Made by a program: the position numbers and the translations under genes | Source of the DNA: a bacterium | GTDB taxonomy: Bacteria > Patescibacteriota > Dojkabacteria > SC72 | DNA length: 64,000 nucleotides | NCBI GenBank assembly: GCA_021463465.1 | Contig: JAJTYH010000002.1 | Location: forward strand, 201,799 to 265,798 | Direction of reading: 5' to 3' | Part shown: one piece after another, positions 47,486-58,111 of the stretch | How the letters are laid out: each line of letters opens with the position of its first letter | Position numbering within the stretch: the stretch's first letter is position 1 | The notes under the pieces: generated by a model | The model's database searches: none | The model's input: only the letters and a program-made list of their open reading frames with translations | Told to the model about the DNA's origin: nothing

Positions 47486-48593
47486 AAATGATTATGTAAT
47501 CTCCATCTTGAATGAGATAGTCCCTTCCATTGTTCTTTACCAAACCTTTCTCTTTAGCGCTAACCCATCCCCCTATTTCAATTAATTTCTCCACATTAAC
47601 AACATCCGCAGTAATGAATCCATTAGCTAAATCTGTGTGGATTACTCCTGACGCCTCCTTAATTGTAGCCCCTCTCGCAATAGTCCATGCATTTACCTCT
47701 TTTTCACTACCAGTATAAAAGGTCAGAAGATTCAAACGGTCATAAACTACCTTCAAAACCTCTTCCATCAAATTCGGCTTATCTTCAAGCATGGAGAGAT
47801 ACTCTATTTTTTCTTGGACATTCATCTCACTAAGCTCACCAATCATCTTCACATCAGCAGTTAACATATAGTTCTTAGAATCATTAGCAATCATACTCTG
47901 CAATTTCTCAACCCACTGCTCAACCTGCGACGATTCAATTCCCTCCCTGACATTAAGCACGTACATCATTCGCTTATTTGTTAGTAGCCACAACTCATTG
48001 AGCCATTCTCGCTCGTCATCTTTTACATCCATATCTATTGCAGGCTTACCCTCGCCAAGCCATCTCAACGTTCTCTCATAGAACTGTTGGGTTAAAACCC
48101 AATTCTTATCATTTAAATTTTTAGAGTTTTTCTTCGCTTCTCCCAATTTTTTCTCAACGGTTTCTACATCTCGTAAAATTAATTCGGAGAGAACGATTTC
48201 AAGATCATCAGCAGGATCAACGCGATCATATACATGCACGATATTCTCACTATTAAACGCACGAAGTACAAACATGATGACATCAACTTCTCGAATATGG
48301 GATAGGAACTGGTTACCCAAACCTTCACCTTGTGAAGCACCTTTGACTAATCCAGCAATATCAACAAACGTCATTGCAGAAGGAACTTTTTTTGTCGCCT
48401 TAAAAAATGCTTCCAATTTATCTAACCTACTATCAGGTATCCCAATTACCCCAACATTCTTGTCGATTGTAGTGAAAGGAAAGTTTTGAGCCGGAACTGA
48501 ATTTTTAGTAATCGAATTAAAGAGTGTAGACTTACCTGCGTTAGGTAGACCTACAATTCCAACTGATAATGAGTGCGAACGTGTAACAGCCAT
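47475..48593 (-). CDS. ychF: Obg-like ATPase YchF
   Basis: GIVGLPNAGKSTLFN, NFPFTTI, DIAGLVKGASQGEGLGNQFL, TGS-domain IHTD...YLIQDGD. Confidence 0.97.
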   Translation of the reverse strand: MAVTRSHSLSVGIVGLPNAGKSTLFNSITKNSVPAQNFPFTTIDKNVGVIGIPDSRLDKLEAFFKATKKVPSAMTFVDIAGLVKGASQGEGLGNQFLSHIREVDVIMFVLRAFNSENIVHVYDRVDPADDLEIVLSELILRDVETVEKKLGEAKKNSKNLNDKNWVLTQQFYERTLRWLGEGKPAIDMDVKDDEREWLNELWLLTNKRMMYVLNVREGIESSQVEQWVEKLQSMIANDSKNYMLTADVKMIGELSEMNVQEKIEYLSMLEDKPNLMEEVLKVVYDRLNLLTFYTGSEKEVNAWTIARGATIKEASGVIHTDLANGFITADVVNVEKLIEIGGWVSAKEKGLVKNNGRDYLIQDGDYIIIYAN

Positions 48594-48635
48594 TAAATTT
48601 CAATTTCGTAAAACAATAATGTAGAATTATACATC

Positions 48636-50468
48636 ATGCCAAGACAAATACTCCAAAGTATTCTTATTTTTTTAATTCTGATAGCCCCACTGCTTACTCC
48701 TTTTACCATTAAGGCAGCGTCAGATTTTGAAGTTATCTCTGATTACAACCTAAATTATGAAAAAGGCTCGGATTTGGTAACCGTGGAAGACTTCATCACC
48801 TATAAGGTAAACAACGATAAGTACTTCTATCAACCTGGATTAGTCCAGTATTTCTTTCTCAGTGATTATTCTGCAAATAAGTTATCGGCAGAGCGTAAGT
48901 TCAAGTTAAACTCCTTAAAGGTAATTAACAATATACAAATCCCCCTCAAATACACTGCAAACGAAGAGACAGACGGGATTAGCATAAAAGTTACAATCAA
49001 TGAAAGAATCTCCCCTTACGAAGATTACACCATTAAACTCACCTATAAAACCCATGATTTAGTCAATGTGAACGGCAACATTGTTAACATCTACGTCCCT
49101 GGACTTGCCAAAAATGCTCAGTTTGAAGAAATCGGACAATTCGGTCTCAAAACAACCTACACTTACAATGCAAAAGTAAACACGCCTATAGATCTTCCGT
49201 TACCCTCGTATACCCAGCCGAGTAAAGTAAGCTATAAAGAAAAGGATAATTTGCGAATATTCGATATTCCAGCTTCCAACCGTTTAGGACATGTTTCCTG
49301 GTTACAAATTGGATCAAGTCAGTACTATAAATTCAAACTAGTTCAACATTCACTGCAAACTGATAAGCTTACTCCCACACAACTCTCTGACCTTTCACCA
49401 ATTGTTTCTACCAACGTATATAAGATTGCCTTGCCCAGGGAGTATGACGAAACTTCACAGAAAGTTTTTATCCAGAGCATCAATCCTCAACCTAAAAACC
49501 TTGAACGTGACGAAGAAGGTAACCTGATTGCAGTATTTGATGTACCGGCAAACAAGGATTCAACAATTACCATTGAAGGGTTAATATCACTTTTCAAAAA
49601 GGACGTAAAGAGTAGCAAGCCAGTTACGGATATGAACCTTGCAGATTATAAAGAGCGACTGGCGGATCTTCCTGACTTAAATACTTATCTGCAGCCAGAT
49701 AAGTATTGGGAAGTAGATGATCCGCTTATCATCAGTACTGCAGAAACCTTAGCAAAAAAAGCCTCCTCCGTATTGGAACTAATCGAAGCTGATTACAAAT
49801 ATATCGTCGACACTTTCGAATATAGTCACGAGAAGTTAGGCAAAGGAAACATCCGATTAGGGGCAAAAGCTGCGCTTGGAGGTTCGCAGACGATATGCAT
49901 GGAATATTCCGACGCTCTGACCGCCCTACTCCGAGCTCAAGGAATCCCTGCCAGAATAGCTATTGGGTATGGTAATGACCCTAAGAGTGCCGAAAACAAA
50001 ATCTCTAACGACCAGTTACTTGAACAAACCATTGGCCATCAATGGACTCAGGTTTGGATACCTGATTACGGATGGCTTTCGGTCGACCCTACTTGGGGTG
50101 AGTCACAAAGAAAATATATAGGGAGTGACTTAGACCATATTCTCTGGTACACACTTGGCTCATCACAACAGAGTGTAACAGATGCGATTTTCTATTCTGC
50201 TGAGCAAGGCAGTATTGGCAATCACGGAGTTCATCTCCAAGCACTAACTCAATCTCAATTCGAAGACGAGAAAAAAGAGGCAATTCCACTTACAAACATG
50301 AATATCATAGAACAAAGAGATACAGAGAGTCTCGATTTCTATCTTAAAACTTCACTTGCAGGGAGAGTTATGGTTTACTTGATACCTATATTAGCAACAG
50401 TGTTAGTATCAATAGCTATTACAACAGTAATATACTATCTCAAAAGGAAAATCATGCGGAAAATTTAA
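48636..50468 (+). CDS. Secreted/membrane-anchored transglutaminase-like protein
   Basis: Signal peptide, ICMEYS..LLRAQGIPAR, HQWTQVW, VDPTWG (Cys-His-Asp), C-terminal TM. Confidence 0.9.
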   Translation: MPRQILQSILIFLILIAPLLTPFTIKAASDFEVISDYNLNYEKGSDLVTVEDFITYKVNNDKYFYQPGLVQYFFLSDYSANKLSAERKFKLNSLKVINNIQIPLKYTANEETDGISIKVTINERISPYEDYTIKLTYKTHDLVNVNGNIVNIYVPGLAKNAQFEEIGQFGLKTTYTYNAKVNTPIDLPLPSYTQPSKVSYKEKDNLRIFDIPASNRLGHVSWLQIGSSQYYKFKLVQHSLQTDKLTPTQLSDLSPIVSTNVYKIALPREYDETSQKVFIQSINPQPKNLERDEEGNLIAVFDVPANKDSTITIEGLISLFKKDVKSSKPVTDMNLADYKERLADLPDLNTYLQPDKYWEVDDPLIISTAETLAKKASSVLELIEADYKYIVDTFEYSHEKLGKGNIRLGAKAALGGSQTICMEYSDALTALLRAQGIPARIAIGYGNDPKSAENKISNDQLLEQTIGHQWTQVWIPDYGWLSVDPTWGESQRKYIGSDLDHILWYTLGSSQQSVTDAIFYSAEQGSIGNHGVHLQALTQSQFEDEKKEAIPLTNMNIIEQRDTESLDFYLKTSLAGRVMVYLIPILATVLVSIAITTVIYYLKRKIMRKI

Positions 50469-50579
50469 CTTTTCTCTGTGTCAGAATAGATTTCATAAAT
50501 TGCAATTAACAAAATCGGAGCGAAAACATAGAATAAAACGAAATTGATAATTTTTGTATCTATATCACTACTTCAACCT

Positions 50580-52091
50580 TTAGATATATGTGTAAAGTGT
50601 ATCAATACTCACTGCTTTCTTGGCACTCTCAAGTCGCTCCAAACTAGTAGCATAAAGCGTCATGAGAATATCTCCTCTTTTAACCGAGTCACCTGCCATT
50701 TTATGCACATAAATACCAGCGGTTTTAAGTGCTGGGCAACCCAAAGCTCTCGTAATCTTTACAATGTCTCGATTGTTAATGATATCTATAATCCCGTCTT
50801 TTTCGGCAACAATATCCCACGTAATTTTACCCAATTCGATATCCTCCGATTTGAGAGTTGCTGAAGCACCCTGTGCCTTCGCTATCTCCGAAAATTTAGC
50901 CAAAGCCTCACCTGAGTTAAGCTTGGAAATTGCCAATGACTTACCTTCTCCTGTTGCAGCTTTACCGGACATCTCCAAGACAACCGCAGCCATGTCAGTA
51001 GCAATGTCTTCCAAATGCAGTGCCCTATCATCTTTCCGCTCAAGAATTTTGAGAGTCTCTCTCATCTCCATATTCGGTCCAATTCCATTGCCATCAGGTC
51101 CTTTTGCAACCCTTGAATACACTTCACAAATAATTCCAACCTTCTTAAAAAGCGAAATGAATTGCTCCTTAAGCATTTTTGCATCCTCAGGATTTTGAAT
51201 CTTAGTACCCTTCCCCTGTGGAATATCAATTACGATATGAGTAATACCCATCGCAATCTTTTTGGCAACAATACTCACTAACACTTTTTGGAATGACTCA
51301 AGGTGAATACCTCTTTCAGCATGAATAATTACGTCATCAGCAGGGGCCAAATCTAAAGCGCCACCCCAGACCATACAAGCACCAGTCTTCTTCACTACAT
51401 CCATAATCTGTTCTGAAGTCAGATGTACTGGCATAGCAACCTCTAGGATATCTGATGTCCCAGCAGGGGTTGTAATGGCACGTGTAGAGGTATTAGGTAC
51501 AACTAAATCACTAGCAGCCAAAATCGGTACAACTAAAGGAGTAACGGCTTTTCCAGCTACACCGCCAATTGAATGTTTGTCTACAACAATAGCTCCATTC
51601 CCCCTAACATCCTTGAAAGAAAGCACAACGCCTGAATTAGCCATACCCTTAGTCATCCAGAGTGTTTCGTCTTCATCAAATCCAGGGTTAAAGAATGTAC
51701 TCATAAAAAAGGCAACATCGACTTCAGTGAGCTTCCTTGCGCCAACCTCTTTCATAATTACGTTCAATTCCTCTTCAGTAAGTTTGTGGCCTAAAATCTT
51801 CTTCTTAATCGCCTCCATCGATTCAGGCCTCTGAATAAGGTCGATACTCACATACTCCCCATTTTGAATCTGATACTGCTGCCAAATCTCTTCGTAAATA
51901 CCAACCTCCCCTGGCAAAACATTACTGTCGGTGACATTCACCTCAACATACACTTCATTGTCCTTCCATCTAAACGCGACGACATCACCTTCGTTAACCC
52001 CAATTCGGTTAGAATCATTCTCATGAACCAAGATATTTATCTCGTCACCAGCTCCAATATCGACCTTTTTAGTTCTTAAGTATAGTGCCAT
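50580..52091 (-). CDS. AMP phosphorylase (archaeal-type thymidine phosphorylase family)
   Basis: N-terminal double-psi-barrel-like extension, DKHSIGGVAG, TSTRAITTPAGTSD, WGGALDLAPADD, GIGP..E. Confidence 0.92.
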   Translation of the reverse strand: MALYLRTKKVDIGAGDEINILVHENDSNRIGVNEGDVVAFRWKDNEVYVEVNVTDSNVLPGEVGIYEEIWQQYQIQNGEYVSIDLIQRPESMEAIKKKILGHKLTEEELNVIMKEVGARKLTEVDVAFFMSTFFNPGFDEDETLWMTKGMANSGVVLSFKDVRGNGAIVVDKHSIGGVAGKAVTPLVVPILAASDLVVPNTSTRAITTPAGTSDILEVAMPVHLTSEQIMDVVKKTGACMVWGGALDLAPADDVIIHAERGIHLESFQKVLVSIVAKKIAMGITHIVIDIPQGKGTKIQNPEDAKMLKEQFISLFKKVGIICEVYSRVAKGPDGNGIGPNMEMRETLKILERKDDRALHLEDIATDMAAVVLEMSGKAATGEGKSLAISKLNSGEALAKFSEIAKAQGASATLKSEDIELGKITWDIVAEKDGIIDIINNRDIVKITRALGCPALKTAGIYVHKMAGDSVKRGDILMTLYATSLERLESAKKAVSIDTLYTYI

Positions 52092-52106
52092 TGTGGTACA
52101 AATTAT

Positions 52107-53051
52107 TTAATATGCCCAAGGATACGTTTCATGCAATTTCGATAAAACATCCTCTGGTTTAACTATTCCTGATTCAGTAATATACCCTGTTATCAGTTCT
52201 TTGTTAACTAGTTCAAATGCTGGGTTATAAATTTTAATATCTTTCGGGGCATCTTCCCAGACTTCTGAAGGTTCACGCATCTCAATTTGGACATTGTTAG
52301 AGGTCATTTCAGGATTTACCTTCAAAAGAGATGCTACAACATACACGGGCGTACCTGAAGACTTTGCAGCTACAGCAATACCATAGCTTCCGATTTTGTT
52401 AATTACACCCCCATCGGCGGTAATTTCGTCCGCTCCAATAAGTAGAACATCTATCGGGAAAAAGGACCTATCGGCAGCAAAGTTAGGAGCTCCACTATCT
52501 ACTACCAAAGTGGTATCAACTCCTTGGTTACTTAAATTAGCAGCAGTTATCCTACCTTGGAAAAGAGGGCGGGTCTCAGAGCACGCCACCTTAAACCCAG
52601 TGTTCTTTTCGGACAGGTTTTTAAGTATTCTCTCCACTGTACTGGAGTGACAATGAGTAAAAGCGTACTTAACAGGGCCTAATCCTTCACTACTTTTGAG
52701 TACCCCATCCTTCATACGCTCAACCAAGTTGAGATATTCGCTGTTAATTTGTGAAACCGCAATCGCATCGACCCTACCACCTGTGGAACTGAACTTTTCT
52801 TCAAGCTTTTTCTCCAAGAACCTCACAGCATTCCTTGCCATCGGTTCATTGTGTCTTGCATTAGCAAGCATCTTACCTACTTTCACTACTTCGCCAGCTA
52901 GTTGGGATGATTCACCCTTAAAACTCTCAATGAAAACCTCCATACCACGTACTACAGCCAATGCTACGTTAGTTGCTCCCTGAATTTTGACACTCTTAAT
53001 GTTATCCCTGAGCTGTTCAATACTTGTATACTTTGACCAGTTTATTTTCAT
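52107..53051 (-). CDS. Ribose-1,5-bisphosphate isomerase (eIF-2B alpha-like family)
   Basis: IQGATNVA, THCHSSTV, ETRPLFQG, GAD..INKIGS, EMREPSEV..NPAFE; adjacent to AMP phosphorylase. Confidence 0.85.
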   Translation of the reverse strand: MKINWSKYTSIEQLRDNIKSVKIQGATNVALAVVRGMEVFIESFKGESSQLAGEVVKVGKMLANARHNEPMARNAVRFLEKKLEEKFSSTGGRVDAIAVSQINSEYLNLVERMKDGVLKSSEGLGPVKYAFTHCHSSTVERILKNLSEKNTGFKVACSETRPLFQGRITAANLSNQGVDTTLVVDSGAPNFAADRSFFPIDVLLIGADEITADGGVINKIGSYGIAVAAKSSGTPVYVVASLLKVNPEMTSNNVQIEMREPSEVWEDAPKDIKIYNPAFELVNKELITGYITESGIVKPEDVLSKLHETYPWAY

Positions 53052-54475
53052 TCTAAAGTGATCTCCTCGTAAAGTGATGGTATGTGGGTTTCTACACCCA
53101 ACTCTTTATTGACTTGTCCAGCAAATTCGGTTGCGACATCCTCTTCTCCATGAACAATAAAGACCTTTCTTGGGGTATGACCAAAACTTCGCAACCAGTA
53201 CATCAAATCTTCCTTATCAGCATGTGCAGAAAAACCGCCAAGTGTATGGACCTTAGCTCTCACTTCATACCTCTTACCTTTAATCATTACATCAGGCTCA
53301 CCATCTACTAACCTTCTACCTAAGGTTCCAGGTACCTGGAACCCAACAAAAATGATGCTTGTTTTGGCATTCTGAATATTATTTTCCAAATGGTGTACAA
53401 TCCTACCTCCTGTACACATACCACTACCCGCAATAATGACTACACCTCTTTTGGAAATAAGTCGCTTGGACTCCTCAACGGATTCAATTTCATGCAAACC
53501 AGGAAAAGAGAAAGGGTCATCGCCCTTCTCAAGCAACCTATGTGCATCTTCATCATAGAATCCAGGGTATCTTCTAAATACCTCAGTCGCTCTGGAAGCC
53601 ATCGGACTGTCGATATATACAGGTAAATCGCTAAGCAATCGATTTTCAAAGAAAAGATTAAGCTCATACATGATCTCCTGACAACGTTCAATGGCAAACG
53701 CCGGAATCAAAATATTCCCACCGTGGGTCTGAGCCTCCTTAAGAATGGAAAGGAATTCCAAAACTGTATCATCCTTATTCTTATGAACCCTATTCCCATA
53801 AGTACTCTCTACTAAGACATAATCACTCTCACGAACCAAATCCGCATCGCGCACTATTCGTTGCCCTTGCTGACCTAAATCCCCTGAAAAGACAATCTTG
53901 CGAACCCGTCCTGCTTCATTCTTGATCCAGAATTCAAACATAGCTGAACCCAAGATATGACCTGAATCACGAAGTCTGAACTCAATACCGTTGTGCAAAT
54001 CTACTGAGTCACCGTACGGATATAAGTCAAAGAATGGCATGAGATTCTCTACGTCTTCTTCTGTGTACATAGGTTCTCTATTTTCATAAAGTGCACCTTC
54101 AGAAGCAGCTCCTTCATTAAAACTCCTCTGTTCAGGACGGGCTCTCCACCTTTTAAACTCTTCTTCCTGAAGTCTAGCTGCATCTTTGAGGATGATATGC
54201 GCTAAGTCTCTACTAGGCTGGGTAGCAATAATTCGACCTTTAAAACCTTGCTTGATAAGTATTGGTAGACGGCCAGAGTGGTCGAAATGTGCATGAGTAA
54301 GGAAAACGTAATCAAGAGCCGCAGGATCAAAAGGAAAAGCATCTAAGTTATGTTTTTCAATCTCCCACCCACCCTGGAAAGCTCCACAGTCAACAAGGAA
54401 TTTCACATTACCAGTGTCAACAAAATAGCAAGATCCAGTAACAGTCTTAGTAGCACCACAGAATTGTATTTTCAT
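53048..54475 (-). CDS. MBL-fold beta-CASP ribonuclease-like protein
   Basis: VTGSC, THAHFDHSG, GHILGSA, SGDLG, ESTYG, GSGMCTGGR, FSAHAD, VHGE. Confidence 0.95.
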   Translation of the reverse strand: MKIQFCGATKTVTGSCYFVDTGNVKFLVDCGAFQGGWEIEKHNLDAFPFDPAALDYVFLTHAHFDHSGRLPILIKQGFKGRIIATQPSRDLAHIILKDAARLQEEEFKRWRARPEQRSFNEGAASEGALYENREPMYTEEDVENLMPFFDLYPYGDSVDLHNGIEFRLRDSGHILGSAMFEFWIKNEAGRVRKIVFSGDLGQQGQRIVRDADLVRESDYVLVESTYGNRVHKNKDDTVLEFLSILKEAQTHGGNILIPAFAIERCQEIMYELNLFFENRLLSDLPVYIDSPMASRATEVFRRYPGFYDEDAHRLLEKGDDPFSFPGLHEIESVEESKRLISKRGVVIIAGSGMCTGGRIVHHLENNIQNAKTSIIFVGFQVPGTLGRRLVDGEPDVMIKGKRYEVRAKVHTLGGFSAHADKEDLMYWLRSFGHTPRKVFIVHGEEDVATEFAGQVNKELGVETHIPSLYEEITLE

Positions 54476-54554
54476 AGGGCAGTTTTATGATGTGATGGAC
54501 TTATATTATCAGGAAATTTGGAGTATAATCAAGCAAACTCCCCACGTTTAACTA

Positions 54555-55079
54555 ATGCTTTTACAAATGGCTCCAAAATTAAACCGTATTGGCAATGAAC
54601 TTGCAAAACTTCAACAAACAGAATTCAGACCTATTGAGTTTGCAACTTTGTTGGGATTAGCCCCAATTACTCCTAACAACAATGTTTGGGAGAAAATAAA
54701 GGTCGAGCCATTAAATGCAGAAGGGCATCATGTTATTAAGTTCCTACAAAAGGGTGGCGGCCCAGGTATATATGCACATCTTAAGGATGGAATTTTAATT
54801 GGCCTTGATGATCAAAGAGAATGTCCATTGGAACAAATCCCAGGTGATAATGAATATATAACGGTAGCAGATGGCAAACTTTCAATCCACGCTCAATCAA
54901 TACTAAGGCCGGGAGAACACCAACAAAATACTCGTATCTACACTATAACAACCGAAAATATATCTTCGAAAAGAGATGGAATAACTACCTTAGAAGTGCT
55001 TGATTTAATCCTAGGCGCTAATGATAATGGTAACTCTAGCTTTAACATTGTTTCTAATTTAGTAGGAGCTAACAGTTAA
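54555..55079 (+). CDS. Hypothetical protein (paralog of the next gene)
   Basis: 174-aa ORF after TATAAT; motif similarity to 55096-55596. Confidence 0.7.
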   Translation: MLLQMAPKLNRIGNELAKLQQTEFRPIEFATLLGLAPITPNNNVWEKIKVEPLNAEGHHVIKFLQKGGGPGIYAHLKDGILIGLDDQRECPLEQIPGDNEYITVADGKLSIHAQSILRPGEHQQNTRIYTITTENISSKRDGITTLEVLDLILGANDNGNSSFNIVSNLVGANS

Positions 55080-55095
55080 TTTTTACAAAACGATA

Positions 55096-55596
55096 ATGAC
55101 CACAGAAACAGAGCAGCCGACAACATTATCAGTGGATGATTTTGCTAAATTCTACAGTTTAGAATTTAATGAAACGTACTCAGACCTATTGGTTTGGAAG
55201 AAAATTAAACTAGAGTCACCTTATACAAATCAATCAGTTGATCTAACATTCTACCCAAAATCAGAAGGTTCACCTCTACTTTTTATAACTCTGTATAAGG
55301 ATAAAATCCTCTCAGTAAGGGATCCAAGGGTCAAAAAAATTTATAACTCTAAGCACTTCACCGAACAAACACTCTTCGAAGATAAAACGTTTTATATTTT
55401 ACATTCAGCTCCCAGCGAAAATGGTTCAAACCTAACTAAAACAGTTTGCCAAAGTATGATTTTGACGGACCAGGAAGGTGACATGATTACCACCATTAGT
55501 ACCAAACAAATTCTAGCTCTGTTTTTAAACGCGAAAAAAGACGAGAACGGTCAATTCATAATTATTGAATATTCACTCCTTGACAATGGAGGCTAA
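55096..55596 (+). CDS. Hypothetical protein (paralog of the previous gene)
   Basis: 166-aa ORF; VWKKIKLE versus VWEKIKVE and further aligned motifs. Confidence 0.7.
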   Translation: MTTETEQPTTLSVDDFAKFYSLEFNETYSDLLVWKKIKLESPYTNQSVDLTFYPKSEGSPLLFITLYKDKILSVRDPRVKKIYNSKHFTEQTLFEDKTFYILHSAPSENGSNLTKTVCQSMILTDQEGDMITTISTKQILALFLNAKKDENGQFIIIEYSLLDNGG

Positions 55597-57014
55597 TCTG
55601 AAAACTTTTTAGCTTCAGCTAGCAAACTTTCTTTTGTATTAAGCATTGGATCTTCAATAACCATATCTAAAAGCTTATTCAAAGTTTGACCAACTTTTGG
55701 CCCTTTCATAATCCCAATACTCATTAAATCTTCACCGTCAACTTTTAAGTCAGTAAGCTTAATTGCCATATCCTTTGACCTAACTTCAGAGATTCTCATT
55801 TGAAGCTGAGATATCTCTTCAGGATTAAATGCACTCTTAGGATTTGCACTTGCATCTGCAATTCTCAGAGCAAACAAGTCATCTAAGTTTTCCTCCCCTA
55901 CCCTAGCAATAAATCTACGGACGGCTGCATCAGTCCATTCTTTTTCTCGAATCTTGGCTCGCTCCTGTTCACTCATCTGAGCTTGTTCATAAGGGAAATA
56001 GAACATATGATTTTTTACAAGCAAACTCACCTTACGAATCTCTGACTTAGAAAATCGCATCCTCGTCATTATCTCCTCTGACATCCTTGCCCCTTCAATA
56101 TCGTGACCATAAAAGTGGCCATTATGCATATCTTTCCTGGGTTTACCTATATCATGAAAGAGTGCAGCAAGCTTAATGCCGTCTGGAGCATGGTCGCACG
56201 TGTTTAAATTGTGAGTATAAACATCATCTGCATGAAAAAGTTTCTGTTCTACTCCATACCCCTCTAATAGTTCAGGCAGGAACAACTGTAAAAGGCCAGT
56301 TTGTCTCATCAAATCAATCCCCTTTGAAGGTTTCGATGAATGTAACAACATCTTCAGAAACTCATCTCTAACCCTCTCCATGGAAACTTGAGCGGCAACA
56401 GGCAAAGATTCTTTAATCGCATTAAAGGTATCGGGCTCTACCGAAAAATCAAGCTGGGAAGCCATCCTACATGCCTTAAATGCCCTCAATCCATCCTCCT
56501 TGAAGCGTTCCAGAGGTGTCCCAACCGCCCTCACCACCTTCAAATTCAAATCATTGACGCCTCCAAATGGATCGTAAATCTCCCATTCTTTTGTCTCATT
56601 AGCTCCATCTAGGGTCGCACTATTAAGATCCAACGCCATCGCATTAAAAGTGAAGTCCCGACGCCCTAAATCCTTATCAATTTCTTTAATGAATGTTACC
56701 TTGGAAGGCCACCTTCCATCCACATACTCCTCTTCACTTCTGAAGGTCGTAACCTGTACCTCATAGACCTCACCCTTTCCATCAGGTATCAAAGCAGAAA
56801 CCATACCAAACCTAGCTCCTGTGGAAACTGACTTAGGGAAAATACTCAACATCTCATCAGGAGTAGCGTCTGTTGCAATATCATAATCGTCAGGTTGTAT
56901 CCCCAAAACAACATCTCTTAAGGCACCACCAACCAAATAGCAAACATAACCTTCTTTCAAAAGCATCCTTGCTACCTTTTGAACGTAATCGGGAATAGTG
57001 AATTTAACTTTCAT
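55593..57014 (-). CDS. cca: CCA tRNA nucleotidyltransferase with HD domain
   Basis: YLVGGALRD, DYDIAT, DLGRRDFTFNA, RFKEDGLR, ERVRDE, LFHDIGKP; true start MKVKF at 57014. Confidence 0.92.
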   Translation of the reverse strand: MKVKFTIPDYVQKVARMLLKEGYVCYLVGGALRDVVLGIQPDDYDIATDATPDEMLSIFPKSVSTGARFGMVSALIPDGKGEVYEVQVTTFRSEEEYVDGRWPSKVTFIKEIDKDLGRRDFTFNAMALDLNSATLDGANETKEWEIYDPFGGVNDLNLKVVRAVGTPLERFKEDGLRAFKACRMASQLDFSVEPDTFNAIKESLPVAAQVSMERVRDEFLKMLLHSSKPSKGIDLMRQTGLLQLFLPELLEGYGVEQKLFHADDVYTHNLNTCDHAPDGIKLAALFHDIGKPRKDMHNGHFYGHDIEGARMSEEIMTRMRFSKSEIRKVSLLVKNHMFYFPYEQAQMSEQERAKIREKEWTDAAVRRFIARVGEENLDDLFALRIADASANPKSAFNPEEISQLQMRISEVRSKDMAIKLTDLKVDGEDLMSIGIMKGPKVGQTLNKLLDMVIEDPMLNTKESLLAEAKKFSD

Positions 57015-57039
57015 AGCCACATTGTATATACTGCTATTG

Positions 57040-58083
57040 ATGAAAGCAATTCTGGACATAATAAGGGGGCTGCTAGGTTTAATCATTCTAATACTATTTA
57101 TCTTCATCTTAACCGTAACCCCCACCCTTCTGTCTTTCTCTACCTTAATTACCAACCGCAATACACTAATTAACTGGCTCGAGCAGGGAGATATGCATGA
57201 CCAGATTTCAAAGGCAGCGATAAAAGATATTACAGATGATTTGGGTAAAGAAGGAGGTAGAAAGCCCGACGCCAACACTGAAGCTTTCAAGAAACAGGTC
57301 ACCAAAACACTTTCAGAAAACTTTTTTGAAGATAACATCAAAAGAGTGACAGATGGTACTTACGATTGGTTAGAAGGTAAAACGTCAAGTATCGAAATTA
57401 GTACTCTAGGATTAGATGTGGTAGGAATGGCTAAGGATTTTATCCCCAAAGAACAGCTCAAAAACTATGAGTTCATGAAATTTCTCAACTCAGTTAAACC
57501 TTGCACTGAAGCTCAAGCTTTTAACTATGAAGAACAGGGTGGTTTTAAAGATTTGAAAGATATATGTATTCCTCCGAAATTTGAGTTACTACCCGTTGCT
57601 GACGAAGCTTATGATGCAACTATTGGTAAACAGAACTTAAATCTAGCAAGTGCTTTTCAAATACCTCCGATACCACATGAGACAGCTCAACAAATTCTTA
57701 CCGTTTATAGAGTACTCGATTGGTTAGGCGCAATCTTATCCACCTCGTTGTTAATCTTATTACTCCTCTACTTGTTAATTGTACCTATGAAAGAAGCCAA
57801 GGTTTATATTGTTGCCAGTATTACTTTCCTTACAGGCTTAATCAATCTAATTCTTTGGAAAGGGCTATTGCTCAAAGATCTAATCGGAAACTTCGTAACC
57901 ACCAATCTTAATACCAAAGATCTACCATTTGAAATAAGCACAGTAACAAACCTCACTAACATCGTATTTGATGATTTAGCTAGAAACGGCTCACACTACT
58001 CAATTTTAATAATGCTTATTGGGGTTTTGATAGCTGCATCCCCTAAGGTTTACCAATATTTCGTCTCCTTGAAAAAGAAATAG
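57040..58083 (+). CDS. Hypothetical membrane protein (N-terminal TM, soluble domain with 2 Cys, 3 C-terminal TMs)
   Basis: Hydrophobicity pattern; start MKAILD. Confidence 0.75.
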   Translation: MKAILDIIRGLLGLIILILFIFILTVTPTLLSFSTLITNRNTLINWLEQGDMHDQISKAAIKDITDDLGKEGGRKPDANTEAFKKQVTKTLSENFFEDNIKRVTDGTYDWLEGKTSSIEISTLGLDVVGMAKDFIPKEQLKNYEFMKFLNSVKPCTEAQAFNYEEQGGFKDLKDICIPPKFELLPVADEAYDATIGKQNLNLASAFQIPPIPHETAQQILTVYRVLDWLGAILSTSLLILLLLYLLIVPMKEAKVYIVASITFLTGLINLILWKGLLLKDLIGNFVTTNLNTKDLPFEISTVTNLTNIVFDDLARNGSHYSILIMLIGVLIAASPKVYQYFVSLKKK

Positions 58084-58111
58084 ATATAGGTACGGGGGTA
58101 TACACAAACTC

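Noticed and set aside
57015-57341. 109-aa N-terminal extension of the CCA-adding enzyme
   Set aside because: It is the antisense shadow of the divergent membrane protein gene; homology begins at MKVKF (57014)
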